Shown here: positions 28,242 through 37,807 of the stretch, in pieces
Position numbering within the stretch: position 1 is the stretch's first letter
Layout of the letters: every line of letters begins with the position of its first letter
Source of the DNA: a virus
Strand: one strand, 5' to 3'
Length of the DNA: 64,000 nucleotides
IMG/VR virus record: IMGVR_UViG_3300029822_000004
Coordinates: 1 to 64,000 of that record
Program-made: the position numbers and the translations under genes
Notes under the pieces: model-generated
What the model saw: the letters and a program-made list of their open reading frames with translations, nothing else
What the model was told of the DNA's origin: nothing
Database searches by the model: none

Positions 28242-29282
28242 ATGGCAGAAACGATTGACAAAAAAGAATTACAGGCGGCCATTGCGTTGGTAGTGGATTG
28301 TATTGAGCCTTCCGATGCATCAGCGCCCAGTACCTACACCATCTTTCAACGGGGAAGAGTGCATGGCTTCAATGACATCTCTGGTGTGAGTGTGCCATTG
28401 AGTGTCGTATTGCCGGATTGCGCAGTGGAAACCAAGCTGCTGTATGACTTCGTTAGAAAGGCGCCAGATGAACAGCTCATTGTCGGCCTGAGCAACGGCA
28501 ATCTGAAAATCGTGGGTGCGTCAAAGAACATCAACGCCGAGTTTGCAATCCGTCAAGACCTCATATATCCAGAAGAGTGGATTGTGACAGACCCATCAAG
28601 CCTTATGATGCTTCCAGAGGCGTTTCAGGCGGCGCTGGTATCCGTCGCTCCCGCCTGCTCTGAAGACAAACCGCAGTACCGCAACGTCATCTTCAAGGAC
28701 GGCAAAGCATATGGCGTAAGTCCTGATTACATTGCTTTGTTTGACCTTAATGACCCCGAGCTATTCAAGGACATGCTTTTTATCTCACCAAAGGCAACCA
28801 AGTTCGTCAACAAGTACCTGCCCAAACGCTACAGCTCCAATGACGGGCTTGTCCATCTGGTGTCTGAGGATATGCAGGTCTATACGACACGGACACGCAG
28901 CGACATTGCGGAGTCCATCAATCTTGGATTTCTGGATGCGTACTTTGGCAGTCCAGAGCTTTCGACATTCCACTTTCCGACATCAATGGATAAGGTTCTG
29001 GATCGATGCAATCCCTTCAGTGGCAAGAGCGTCAAAGCAAAACGCCTGAGCTTCAATCTGCATGACGGCATGATGGAAGTTTCGGCGGTGCGTGAAGATG
29101 GCTCAAAGATCAAGGAACGCTGTCTTGGCATTGAGTGCACAAATCCCATCACATTCACCACGGGCTTCAAGTTACTATCCACGGCTCTACCCCTTACCAC
29201 TGATTGTTCCGTGTGTGATGGCATGCTGTTGCTACGGGGTACGCAGTTCACCGGCATCATTCCATTAGCCGAGGAGGTTTAA
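28242..29282 (+). CDS. Putative sliding clamp (DNA pol III beta-like)
   Basis: 346 aa, clamp-like length and pattern (FND..VS, AV..KLLYDFVRK, terminal IIPL); lies between helicase and polymerase. Confidence 0.5.
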   Translation: MAETIDKKELQAAIALVVDCIEPSDASAPSTYTIFQRGRVHGFNDISGVSVPLSVVLPDCAVETKLLYDFVRKAPDEQLIVGLSNGNLKIVGASKNINAEFAIRQDLIYPEEWIVTDPSSLMMLPEAFQAALVSVAPACSEDKPQYRNVIFKDGKAYGVSPDYIALFDLNDPELFKDMLFISPKATKFVNKYLPKRYSSNDGLVHLVSEDMQVYTTRTRSDIAESINLGFLDAYFGSPELSTFHFPTSMDKVLDRCNPFSGKSVKAKRLSFNLHDGMMEVSAVREDGSKIKERCLGIECTNPITFTTGFKLLSTALPLTTDCSVCDGMLLLRGTQFTGIIPLAEEV

Positions 29283-29431
29283 GCCATGAAAGACACAAAC
29301 GTTTGGCTCTTTATTCTTTGGGCAGCTACTTTGGCCGGCATGATACTGCTTGTCAATCTGCGTGTCAGTGTCCTAGAAGAGCGCCTTAACTCGATCGAAC
29401 CAGCATTGCATATCCCCAAAGAGATATCAAA

Positions 29432-30652
29432 ATGAAGTTTGCCCTACCACAAACTCAACTCAAAGAACGCATATCAAATTGTGAGGCTTGCGGACTCAAC
29501 AAATCCTCTAAAATACCCGTTTATGGCTCTGGTGGTATGGGATTATTGATCGTGTTCGATGGCCAAGACTCGCTTCAGCAACAAGTGAAATCATTTGGTA
29601 TTGGCTTTAGATTTGAGTTTGTGCGCAGGGCATTGAAGGAATTAGGTATTGACATAACGCATGATTGCTGGGTCACGTCGCTGATACAATGCTACAGCAA
29701 CGACTACACCAATCAGCAAGGGTCGTACTGTCTGGCCAATCTACACAATGCTCTTGATACACTAAAGCCAAAAGTCGTGCTGTTCTTTGGTGAAGCGTGT
29801 CCGAGGGCCGTACTAAAAGACACCATCAAGGGCATTTATCTGGATATGGTTCGGGGCATTGTTCACAACTCGCGGATGTTCGGTTGCAGGATGGTCTTTA
29901 CACTGTCACCCTTTCATCCGGCCAGTCAATCAGAAGAGGCGGTTATCAAAGTCATTCACCGTGATATTGCCATAGCCGCGAACTGTCTTGCGAGGCCATA
30001 TAAGCAATACAAGGCAGAAGAGGGCTGTATTGAGCTAATGAACCCCCGTAATGCGGCGCTGTGGCTCGAACGTGAGGCCGGCCATACTCAAACACGGTGG
30101 CAGGCCTTCGACTATGAAACGAACAGTTTAAGGCCCTATAATGACACGGCTGAGTTAGTGTCCTGCGCCATAGCCGACACGCCAGATCACGTTGTATCCT
30201 TCATGATTGACGATGTTACCACCGGGCCACTAAAACGCTGGCTGACATCACGGCATATAAAGAAAATTGCACACAACACGGCATTTGAGAGGGCGTGGTC
30301 AATCGTCAAGCTCGGTGTGGCTCCAGAGATGCTTATTGCTGACACGATGCTGTTATTTCACGCCATGGACAACCGCAAGGACAAGGTACGGTCAATCAAG
30401 TTCCTGGGGCCGATGCTCACGGGCTGTCAAATATGGAATGAGCATATTGAGGGATACCTTGAGGGTGACGCGGAGGGCAGCTATGGCATTAACAAGGTCA
30501 GGCAGATACCACAACGACAACTGCTGATATACAACGCCATGGATTCGCTGATTGAGTTTCGGGTATTCGATGTGCTGACGGAGCAACTTAAGGACTACAA
30601 GAAGACATTCGCGCTGGCAAAGGAGCTGAAAAAAGAAAGGGATCAACAATGA
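29432..30652 (+). CDS. DNA polymerase N-terminal part: UDG-like domain fused to a 3'-5' exonuclease
   Basis: CxxC..PVYGSG..LLIV (UDG family-4-like); AFDYETN, AHNTAFE, YNAMD (Exo I-III). Confidence 0.8.
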   Translation: MKFALPQTQLKERISNCEACGLNKSSKIPVYGSGGMGLLIVFDGQDSLQQQVKSFGIGFRFEFVRRALKELGIDITHDCWVTSLIQCYSNDYTNQQGSYCLANLHNALDTLKPKVVLFFGEACPRAVLKDTIKGIYLDMVRGIVHNSRMFGCRMVFTLSPFHPASQSEEAVIKVIHRDIAIAANCLARPYKQYKAEEGCIELMNPRNAALWLEREAGHTQTRWQAFDYETNSLRPYNDTAELVSCAIADTPDHVVSFMIDDVTTGPLKRWLTSRHIKKIAHNTAFERAWSIVKLGVAPEMLIADTMLLFHAMDNRKDKVRSIKFLGPMLTGCQIWNEHIEGYLEGDAEGSYGINKVRQIPQRQLLIYNAMDSLIEFRVFDVLTEQLKDYKKTFALAKELKKERDQQ

Positions 30653-30870
30653 GCAGTAACGACTTTAAGCAGGGCGATATTGTACAGGTCACGAACATCC
30701 ATCATCCGTGGTTTCCTGCCTTGTTGGTTGTACAGCACACTACAGAGGACACAATATCTGCAAATGCGGTGATCCCAACCAATGACGGCGTTCAATATGC
30801 ACCAATCCAGCTATCAGACTATATGGGCTGCAAGTATGTTGGGCGGTCTTACATTTACTTGGAGAAATGA
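30649..30870 (+). CDS. Hypothetical protein (SH3/KOW-like FKQGDIVQV)
   Basis: ATGA overlap. Confidence 0.55.
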   Translation: MSSNDFKQGDIVQVTNIHHPWFPALLVVQHTTEDTISANAVIPTNDGVQYAPIQLSDYMGCKYVGRSYIYLEK

Positions 30871-30882
30871 AAGGATAACATC

Positions 30883-31374
30883 ATGCCAAAAGAAATCACA
30901 ATCCAAAAAGATACGTATTATAGCTGCAAACATTGTAAGGCACTATTCGAACATTTTACGGATGCTGTAGAACACGAAAAACGCTACCACAGCGCAGAAA
31001 TTTGGCACACAGAACCAATGCCAAAATATTTTATTGGTGATCTTATCGGCTTTGGTGGACATATGTACATCATAAGAGACCTTGAGCTATGCCAGAACAC
31101 CAACATGAATCTTTATTCTATTAGTGCTTACCGTGAGTTCTATACAGGAACAAAGGACGCTGAAGGCCCATTCATGTTTGAAGATAAAACAATCAAGGTA
31201 TATGAAGATGACATCACCGGAAGGATTAACAAGGGCAAGCTGCTTGAGGTCACGAGAAGGTTACTTAAAGTATACCCCTTTACGCAGGCAAAGGTTCAGG
31301 TCATGTCGGGATATGGTGATACGACACTCACGGAACTTCTTCCAGTAATAAACCTTGGATTGGGGAACGAATGA
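30883..31374 (+). CDS. Hypothetical protein with N-terminal C2H2-like motif
   Basis: CKHC...HEKRYH. Confidence 0.6.
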   Translation: MPKEITIQKDTYYSCKHCKALFEHFTDAVEHEKRYHSAEIWHTEPMPKYFIGDLIGFGGHMYIIRDLELCQNTNMNLYSISAYREFYTGTKDAEGPFMFEDKTIKVYEDDITGRINKGKLLEVTRRLLKVYPFTQAKVQVMSGYGDTTLTELLPVINLGLGNE

Positions 31375-31730
31375 TGACCATAGGAAAGCTAATCAAAGAA
31401 CAACGTGAATGGCTGAACACTAATGGCGAGTTTTCTATCCGAAAGGTCGCCAAGCGGTGCGGATTCAGCGCTACCTATTTGAGCAAGATTGAGCGGGGTG
31501 TAGAAAATTGCCCCACCATGAAAGTAATCAGCGCACTGGCAGAAGACTTACAGATGAAGGAAGATGAACTCTGTCAGGCGGCTGGACGATTGCCAGACCA
31601 TCAAGTAGAGTGGTTGGCATCAAAACAAACCCTGCTCATTGGTCTGCTGACGTATGGTTTGTATCTAACTGACAAAGAATTGGAAAAGATAAACAACTAT
31701 GCACTAAATCTCTTGAGAGAAAGGGAGTGA
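31371..31730 (+). CDS. XRE/Cro-C1 HTH transcriptional regulator
   Basis: SIRKVAKRCGFSATYLSKIERG. Confidence 0.85.
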   Translation: MMTIGKLIKEQREWLNTNGEFSIRKVAKRCGFSATYLSKIERGVENCPTMKVISALAEDLQMKEDELCQAAGRLPDHQVEWLASKQTLLIGLLTYGLYLTDKELEKINNYALNLLRERE

Positions 31731-31731
31731 T

Positions 31732-33102
31732 GTGTTAACGCCCACTACGTCTGATGCGTTCAAGTTACTCATGCGCGGTGAACAGGCCCTTACCGCCATG
31801 AGCATAAACGGCATGAAGATTGACCGTGACTACTATGCAGGTCTTGAACCAGAAATCATAAATGAAGCGGCAAAGTTGGAAAATGCAATACTTAACAGCA
31901 CCGAGATTGGTTCCGTATGGTCTGGCATGTTCTCGACGGCTGCCAATCTTGACTCTACTGACCAACTCAAAAAGGTGCTGCTGTCCACGGGCTTTGATAG
32001 ATTCAAGACAACGGAAAAGGGCGGGTTAAGTGCAGATAAGGAAGTCATTGCAAAACTCCCTTACGAATTCTCAAGTCGCTATCTCAAGTATAAACAGCTC
32101 AAGAAAGCGTGGGGGAGCATCATTCAGCCCATGCTTCGTGAGTGTGATGACAAGGGCTTCATTCACCCATTGTTCAATCTCCACACCGTATCGACCTACA
32201 GAAGCTCCGGTAGTGACCCCAATCTCCAGCAGGTAAGCAAACACGACAAGCTGATGAAGCGTTTGGTGCGTACTGGCTGCATACCACGGACACCAGACAG
32301 GCAGTTGCTGGAGATTGACCTAAAATCGAATGAAGTGTCGGTTGGTTGTTGCCTGCACAAAGACAAGCAGATGCTCAAATTTCTGCAAGACCCCGATGCC
32401 GACATGCATGAAACAGTAGCAAAGAAATACTACAGATTGAGAGCGGACGAATTCACACGGGACTTGCGAACATCTGTAAAGGGCCGGATTGTCTTTGCGT
32501 CGTTTTATGGTGCTGGATACGAGAGCATGGCGAACAGCCTCTGGGAGTACATAACCGAAGAGAATCCCAAACTGGCTACGGGCGAGGAGCTGAAGATACA
32601 TATGCAGCGCCTTGGTCTTAACAGCTTTGAGGATTGCAAGACGTATACCGAGAAGTTCTATGATTGGTACTGGCACACGCTGTTCAAGGATTATGACCAA
32701 TGGAAAACCGACATTTGGGATCATTATACAAAAGTCGGCTATGTTGATTTGCCTACGGGCTTCAGGGCAGTAAGCGCCATTGGCAAGACGCAGCTAATCA
32801 ACTTGCCAATACAGGGTGCGGCTTTTCATGTGCTGCTGGCTACCGCGATTGGCCTTGTAAACCGCATGAAGCACTATAAGCTAAAGTCGGTCGCCATAGG
32901 ACAGATTCATGACTCTGTGTTGCTTGATATCGTACCAGAAGAGCTACAGCAAATCGTTGAAATGTACATGGACTCGCAGGACGACGTTCGGAAGATGTGG
33001 CCTTGGCTGATATACCCTATCGGCGCTGAGGCTGATATATCAAAAGTGGGTGGAAACTGGTGTGATATGGAAAGTATTGGTCTTTTACAACGTGCAGCAT
33101 AA
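31732..33102 (+). CDS. Family A DNA polymerase, polymerase domain only
   Basis: TYRSSGSDPNLQQ, motif A EIDLKSNE, motif B RTSVKGRIVFASFYG, NLPIQG, motif C QIHDS. Confidence 0.92.
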   Translation: MLTPTTSDAFKLLMRGEQALTAMSINGMKIDRDYYAGLEPEIINEAAKLENAILNSTEIGSVWSGMFSTAANLDSTDQLKKVLLSTGFDRFKTTEKGGLSADKEVIAKLPYEFSSRYLKYKQLKKAWGSIIQPMLRECDDKGFIHPLFNLHTVSTYRSSGSDPNLQQVSKHDKLMKRLVRTGCIPRTPDRQLLEIDLKSNEVSVGCCLHKDKQMLKFLQDPDADMHETVAKKYYRLRADEFTRDLRTSVKGRIVFASFYGAGYESMANSLWEYITEENPKLATGEELKIHMQRLGLNSFEDCKTYTEKFYDWYWHTLFKDYDQWKTDIWDHYTKVGYVDLPTGFRAVSAIGKTQLINLPIQGAAFHVLLATAIGLVNRMKHYKLKSVAIGQIHDSVLLDIVPEELQQIVEMYMDSQDDVRKMWPWLIYPIGAEADISKVGGNWCDMESIGLLQRAA

Positions 33103-33111
33103 GGAGTTTTT

Positions 33112-33303
33112 ATGGCAGATATAACGTACTGCGCCAATGTTGATTGTTTTTTCGCCACGAGGTGCTTTAGAAGCATCATTCACAAAGAGAAGCCGGATAG
33201 CCCTTGGATAAGCGTGGCGCTTTTCGGGCCAGATAAGGATGGGCATTGTGACAACTTCATTAAACTGATAAAGGAAAGGAACAAACGATGCAAGAAGAAT
33301 TGA
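33112..33303 (+). CDS. Small Cys-rich protein (DITYC family)
   Basis: AAGGAG RBS; paralog of the N-terminus of 33492..33896. Confidence 0.6.
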   Translation: MADITYCANVDCFFATRCFRSIIHKEKPDSPWISVALFGPDKDGHCDNFIKLIKERNKRCKKN

Positions 33304-33491
33304 TTACGGACGCGGCCATGCAATACCACACCATCAATGAGTACATCAATCATTGTTCGCAAGGACGGCGAATTGACCCTTACAACCGGCGATGAGTTCT
33401 TTGATGACGCATTCAGGCTCTTTGCCTCGGCCAGGAATCACCTTGCCGTAATTGCCGAGTTTACCCAATACACGGAAGGAGTATGTGAATC

Positions 33492-33896
33492 ATGCAGGCT
33501 ATGACCGACATGACCTATTGTACCAACGATTCATGCACGATTGCCAAAAAATGCCGACGGAATTTTGATAATTACACCGTTGATGATTTTGGGTGCGATA
33601 AGCCTTATAGCTTCTGCAACTTTGAACAGGATGGCACTGGCGATTGCTATATGTACATTGGACCAGGAGAGGAAAAGAAAATGCAAGAAGAGTTGAATGA
33701 TTGGCTGATTACTGACGCGGCCATGCAGTGCCACACCATCAATGAGTACATCAATTATTGGGCGCGTGTAAGCAAGAGGGCGGCAGCCGATGGTGACTAC
33801 AATTTACAGAATAGCGCGGCAGCCATCATCACTGGACTATCTCGGGCAGCCTATGCGCTTGATGAAGTGTTTGACAAGAAGGATGAAGTAAAATGA
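33492..33896 (+). CDS. Hypothetical protein, apparent fusion of two duplicated small genes
   Basis: DMTYC N-half plus MQEEL..TDAAMQ C-half. Confidence 0.6.
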   Translation: MQAMTDMTYCTNDSCTIAKKCRRNFDNYTVDDFGCDKPYSFCNFEQDGTGDCYMYIGPGEEKKMQEELNDWLITDAAMQCHTINEYINYWARVSKRAAADGDYNLQNSAAAIITGLSRAAYALDEVFDKKDEVK

Positions 33897-34099
33897 TGTA
33901 CGAAGGAAAGAGATATATAAATTGCACAGAATGCTTTTATTGCGGGGTATTGCTGCACAGTGGTATTGTGTGCTTGCATGAAAAAGCCAGATTAGAAAAT
34001 GGGAACAAACGCAAGCGGGTGTTTAAGACATATTTTGAAATGCGTAATCCGCGTGGCGACTGTGGATTGGAAGCAAAGCTATTCGAGGTGCCAAAATGA
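33893..34099 (+). CDS. Small Cys-rich hypothetical protein
   Basis: CxxCxxC...CGLEAKLFE. Confidence 0.55.
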   Translation: MMYEGKRYINCTECFYCGVLLHSGIVCLHEKARLENGNKRKRVFKTYFEMRNPRGDCGLEAKLFEVPK

Positions 34100-34306
34100 G
34101 TGAGCAAACACCGATGGAAGCAAAGGACAAAGGCAATGAACAAAAATGACGAAAAACAATCCTATGAGAGCAGGGCCGGCAAAAAGCTCAACGACTCAAT
34201 GCACAACCTTGTGCTCAGTGTTATCTGTCTGCTGGTTGTATTCATGGCCCTTGTAGTATATAGATCAATCCAAGCCCTGTCGTTTATCTCAAACACCACA
34301 CCTTAA
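34100..34306 (+). CDS. Small membrane protein (start uncertain)
   Basis: One hydrophobic helix. Confidence 0.5.
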   Translation: MSKHRWKQRTKAMNKNDEKQSYESRAGKKLNDSMHNLVLSVICLLVVFMALVVYRSIQALSFISNTTP

Positions 34307-34316
34307 CGGAGAAATC

Positions 34317-35279
34317 ATGTCACTCTATACCGACTACCGCCCACAATCGTTCGATGATGTCTTTGGCCAAGATGAGGCCGTGAAGCTGATGAAGGCCATA
34401 CTTAAGCAGCCACACAAAGACCGCCCGAAGGTATTCTTGATGGAAGGCCCTGCCGGATGTGGAAAAACCACCATGGCCATGCTCTTTGCAAACGCCATAG
34501 GTTGTGATACGTCCATCGCAGGTCTGGACTTTCAGGTCCTGGACTCCAGCAAAGATCGGGGCATTGACAACATCAGGGCCATTGCGGATGTCATGGGTGC
34601 TCGTCCTATGGCAAAGGACTGTGATGGGCGAGTGTGGCTTTTTGATGAGGCGCATAGCCTGCTCAAAGCATCACAAGAAGCCATGCTCAAAATCTGCGAG
34701 GATGTGCCACCAAGTACATACATCTTTATTGCCACCACCGAACCGCAGGCGTTGGGGAAGGCTCTGAAAACACGATGCAAGACCATAGCCATCAAGCCCA
34801 TGACCCTCGCTGCGGCTTATCACACAATCCTTAATGTCGCTAATCGTGCTGGCATTGCCATTACTGAAGACGCCGCTAAGGCCATGGCGTCAAAGTGTGA
34901 TGGCTCTGCGCGGATTGCTATACAAATACTTGAGAACTACATGCTCAATGGCGGCGATGTTGAAAAGGCCATCAGCATGCAGATAGGTCAAGGGGCGAAG
35001 CTGGAGGCTGATACACGAACCCTGTGTTACCATATCGCAAGAGGTACTGTCAAGTGGGATACTATGGTCGTGCCTTTCTGTAAAAACTACACGGGTCAGG
35101 CTGAGATGGTGCGCCTCGCTGTACTTGGATATTTGAAAGCGTGCATGCTCGGAACGGAGGATGCTCCACGCCGCAAGCGCCTAATCGGCTTGATGGAGTG
35201 CTTCATGCAACCATACTTCGGCGGCGGTACAGATGCGTGCCTCGTATACAGCCTTGCTTGCGCATGCGACATCCAATAA
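34317..35279 (+). CDS. Clamp loader, DnaX (gamma/tau)-like AAA+ ATPase
   Basis: LYTDYRPQSFDDVFGQ, GPAGCGKTT, DEAH, ATTEP, TRC. Confidence 0.92.
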   Translation: MSLYTDYRPQSFDDVFGQDEAVKLMKAILKQPHKDRPKVFLMEGPAGCGKTTMAMLFANAIGCDTSIAGLDFQVLDSSKDRGIDNIRAIADVMGARPMAKDCDGRVWLFDEAHSLLKASQEAMLKICEDVPPSTYIFIATTEPQALGKALKTRCKTIAIKPMTLAAAYHTILNVANRAGIAITEDAAKAMASKCDGSARIAIQILENYMLNGGDVEKAISMQIGQGAKLEADTRTLCYHIARGTVKWDTMVVPFCKNYTGQAEMVRLAVLGYLKACMLGTEDAPRRKRLIGLMECFMQPYFGGGTDACLVYSLACACDIQ

Positions 35280-35605
35280 CCATCACCAGCTCATATGAGG
35301 ATATTCAAGAAGCCATGCCAGAGATGTACTTGACCGAGGTAATACGCTTCATAGTCATTACATCCGAGGACATACTGCTTGAATATCCGCACAAGCTCTT
35401 GCCCTATGAAAAAAGAATGCTGAAGCGCTTGGCTGGTAAAAGCATAAAATGGGCAATGGGCAGGAATAAGGACATAGGTCAATGCCGGCGCAGAATAGGC
35501 GCTATTTTAAGCGACGTGTTGTTAGTCGTGCAGAGGCTCCCGCAGGCAGCAAAAGCCGTCATAAACGCCAATTTAAGCGAAACGGCAATAGACCATGAAT
35601 TGTAA
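35264..35605 (+). CDS. Hypothetical protein (start uncertain)
   Basis: ORF overlapping the end of the clamp loader. Confidence 0.4.
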   Translation: MRHPITITSSYEDIQEAMPEMYLTEVIRFIVITSEDILLEYPHKLLPYEKRMLKRLAGKSIKWAMGRNKDIGQCRRRIGAILSDVLLVVQRLPQAAKAVINANLSETAIDHEL

Positions 35606-35644
35606 ATAAAACTACCAAAAACGCTATAAAACAACCAAAAGCGT

Positions 35645-35672
35645 TTGACTTTTACCCTTTGTGTGCTATAGT
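35645..35672 (+). promoter_or_regulatory. Phage consensus promoter
   Basis: TTGACTtttaccctttgTGTGcTATAGT. Confidence 0.78.
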
Positions 35673-35730
35673 ATTTAACAGTCGCCAAACAAGCGACAAG
35701 CCCAGTAGACACCACCGAAAGGAGATCATC

Positions 35731-36069
35731 ATGGACAAGCAGACACGGACACTTCTAATTGATGCGCAACTGAAACTCGCTGATGCCGTGCATGCCGCGT
35801 GTATTGCAGGCGTGCAATCCGACATGGCTAAGCACAGCGCCCGTCTTAATCTCTACAAGGAGAAGGAAGCAGGTCGAAAGATTACCGAAGAGGCCATCCG
35901 CAGCGAGGCATTCGTTCTCTGCGGTGAAAAGTTGCTTGCTGCACAAAAAGCATCAGCAGAGCTAGAAATTGCCCGTGCGTACTTCAAGACCGCGTTGGCG
36001 ATTGCGCAAGGTACTGGCCTATGTACCTGCGAAAGTGACCCCGAACCATCCACCGACACCGAAATCTGA
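35731..36069 (+). CDS. Hypothetical helical protein (possibly UvsY-like)
   Basis: KITEEAI motif, upstream of SSB; function is inference. Confidence 0.5.
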   Translation: MDKQTRTLLIDAQLKLADAVHAACIAGVQSDMAKHSARLNLYKEKEAGRKITEEAIRSEAFVLCGEKLLAAQKASAELEIARAYFKTALAIAQGTGLCTCESDPEPSTDTEI

Positions 36070-36080
36070 AAGGGCTGATT

Positions 36081-37247
36081 ATGTACAACATTGAAAAACT
36101 CCGAGCCAGACGCGCTGCACGCCTTGCCGATACCCGAAGTGCGGCAGAGGGCAATGATTTTGAGATACTTAACACCACCTTTCTGCCGCAGGGTGTGAAT
36201 CTGTGGTTCCCAGCCGAACAGTGCCAGGTGATGATGCGCGTGGTGCAGTTCGAGGTTACGCAGAAGAACAACATCGACAACAACGAGATTGGCGATTATG
36301 TGGCTGCCCGCTCGTATTACCTGCATCGCCTGCCTGGCCGGAAAAAGCCGTTCATCTGCCCATCCACCTATGGCAAGCCCTGTCCCGTGTGTGAGCGCTT
36401 CTATTCATTCAGCAAAGAAGAGCGCGGAAACTTCAAGGGGCCGGCCAACGCGTTCAAACCACGTCAGATGGTTGTATTCAACGCTCTGTGCAAGATTGCC
36501 AGCGAGGACGGCACTACCAAGACAGTGATGCGCGTTGTTCGTGGTGGCCATTTCAGTACCTACGGCAAGATTCTCGAGGCTGTAAAAAATACCGCCACGT
36601 TCAATCCCAAGCGCGCCGATGATATCTTCCAGTTTGAGGACTTGGAACTGGGCTACTGGCTGCAAGTTGGGTTTGCCAAGGCCGCATCTATCTCTGGCGC
36701 TGGTGGCACGCCCTTTATGCAGATCGTGGTATGCAATCCCATGTGGCAGGAGCAGCGTGTGGCCATCAGCGAAAAGGTATGGGCGAAAGTGACCGACCTT
36801 GATCGCCTTATCCCGCAAGCACCGTCCATTGCTGAAATCAATGAGATGCTTGGGGATGGTGTCAGCGACTTCTCAAAAGAGGTCGAGGATGGCGGTGATG
36901 ATCTCGGTGATGACTTCTCTGATAATGTGAAGGGCATTGCTCCTGCTGTCGTAGACCCTGCACCAGCACCCGCCCCAGCACCCGCCCCAGCACCCGCCCC
37001 GGCTCCAAAAGATGGTGACGACATTGCGGACGACGATGTACAGACAGTAACCGCCCCGCCAGAGGATGACTTTGGCGATATCGGTGCTGAGACTGTTCCT
37101 ACAGACGCCGTTCCCGTATCTGATTTCGAGCAGTCGGTACCAGCCGCACCAAAGTCCGCACCAAAGTCCGCACCGAAGCCCGTGGCACCTAAGCCAGCTC
37201 CGGCATCCACGCTTGGCGCTGATGACTTTGACTCATTCGATTTCTAG
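36081..37247 (+). CDS. Single-stranded DNA-binding protein (gp32-like)
   Basis: H..CP.TYGKPCPVCE; long acidic and PA-repeat tail ending DDFDSFDF. Confidence 0.8.
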   Translation: MYNIEKLRARRAARLADTRSAAEGNDFEILNTTFLPQGVNLWFPAEQCQVMMRVVQFEVTQKNNIDNNEIGDYVAARSYYLHRLPGRKKPFICPSTYGKPCPVCERFYSFSKEERGNFKGPANAFKPRQMVVFNALCKIASEDGTTKTVMRVVRGGHFSTYGKILEAVKNTATFNPKRADDIFQFEDLELGYWLQVGFAKAASISGAGGTPFMQIVVCNPMWQEQRVAISEKVWAKVTDLDRLIPQAPSIAEINEMLGDGVSDFSKEVEDGGDDLGDDFSDNVKGIAPAVVDPAPAPAPAPAPAPAPAPKDGDDIADDDVQTVTAPPEDDFGDIGAETVPTDAVPVSDFEQSVPAAPKSAPKSAPKPVAPKPAPASTLGADDFDSFDF

Positions 37248-37255
37248 TAACTGGT

Positions 37256-37285
37256 GGTGGCCGGTGTAGTGATATGCCGGCCACC
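37256..37285 (+). other. 13-bp hairpin with GNRA loop after ssb (terminator, processing or stabilising hairpin)
   Basis: GGTGGCCGGTGTA-GTGA-TATGCCGGCCACC; weak U-tract. Confidence 0.6.
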
Positions 37286-37292
37286 TGAATTT

Positions 37293-37542
37293 GATGTTAT
37301 AGAAAGGTGGGCTTAGAAGTAGCCATCCTATAATGAGCAGGAAGAACTACCATTGGCGCTAAAAGGTCACTACTATCTAGGACAGCATATAATCTCTAGA
37401 AAGAGGATAAGGGCTGTCTGCAAGGTGGCTATGACTGATGTGCTGATGGGAAAATAGGAGTAAGTGGAGTTAAAGACTTCCACCCAGGTTAGATAATACT
37501 ATGGGGTAGTTCCTCTTGGTGTAAAAACACATCTATAACATC
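37293..37542 (+). ncRNA. ~250-nt structured RNA mimicking 23S rRNA H43-H44 (L11-binding/GTPase-associated centre) with a ~180-nt insert
   Basis: 11-bp closing stem; AGGTGGGCTTAGAAGTAGCCATCCTATAATGA and GTGTAAAAACACA align to 23S 1057-1088 and 1091-1103 with compensatory changes. Confidence 0.8.
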
Positions 37543-37585
37543 TTTTATTCATGCAGGCATCAAACAGCATCATAAATCGCACACT

Positions 37586-37798
37586 ATGATCACACCGAGT
37601 AACGTACTGTTGAACTGGATTAACGAGTTGAGTGCAAGGCGTGATGCACTGATACTCGCAACAGAAAAGATCAGCGACAACGAAAAGCGTATGGAGTCAA
37701 TGGATGAGGCATATAACATAGGAGGGCAGATAGCCAGAGCAAAGGACATGCTCGCAGACATAAACAGAGAAATAACAAACCCTAGAGGCTATCGATAG
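37586..37798 (+). CDS. Hypothetical protein
   Basis: 70-aa ORF. Confidence 0.5.
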   Translation: MITPSNVLLNWINELSARRDALILATEKISDNEKRMESMDEAYNIGGQIARAKDMLADINREITNPRGYR

Positions 37799-37807
37799 GA
37801 GTAAACC

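Noticed and set aside
30653-31731. Intron or intein interrupting the polymerase
   Set aside because: Filled by three ordinary ORFs with no group I/II or homing endonuclease features
37305-37336. Genuine 23S rRNA gene or host contamination
   Set aside because: Only H43/H44-like segments match, they are split by a non-rRNA insert, and flanks are contiguous phage genes
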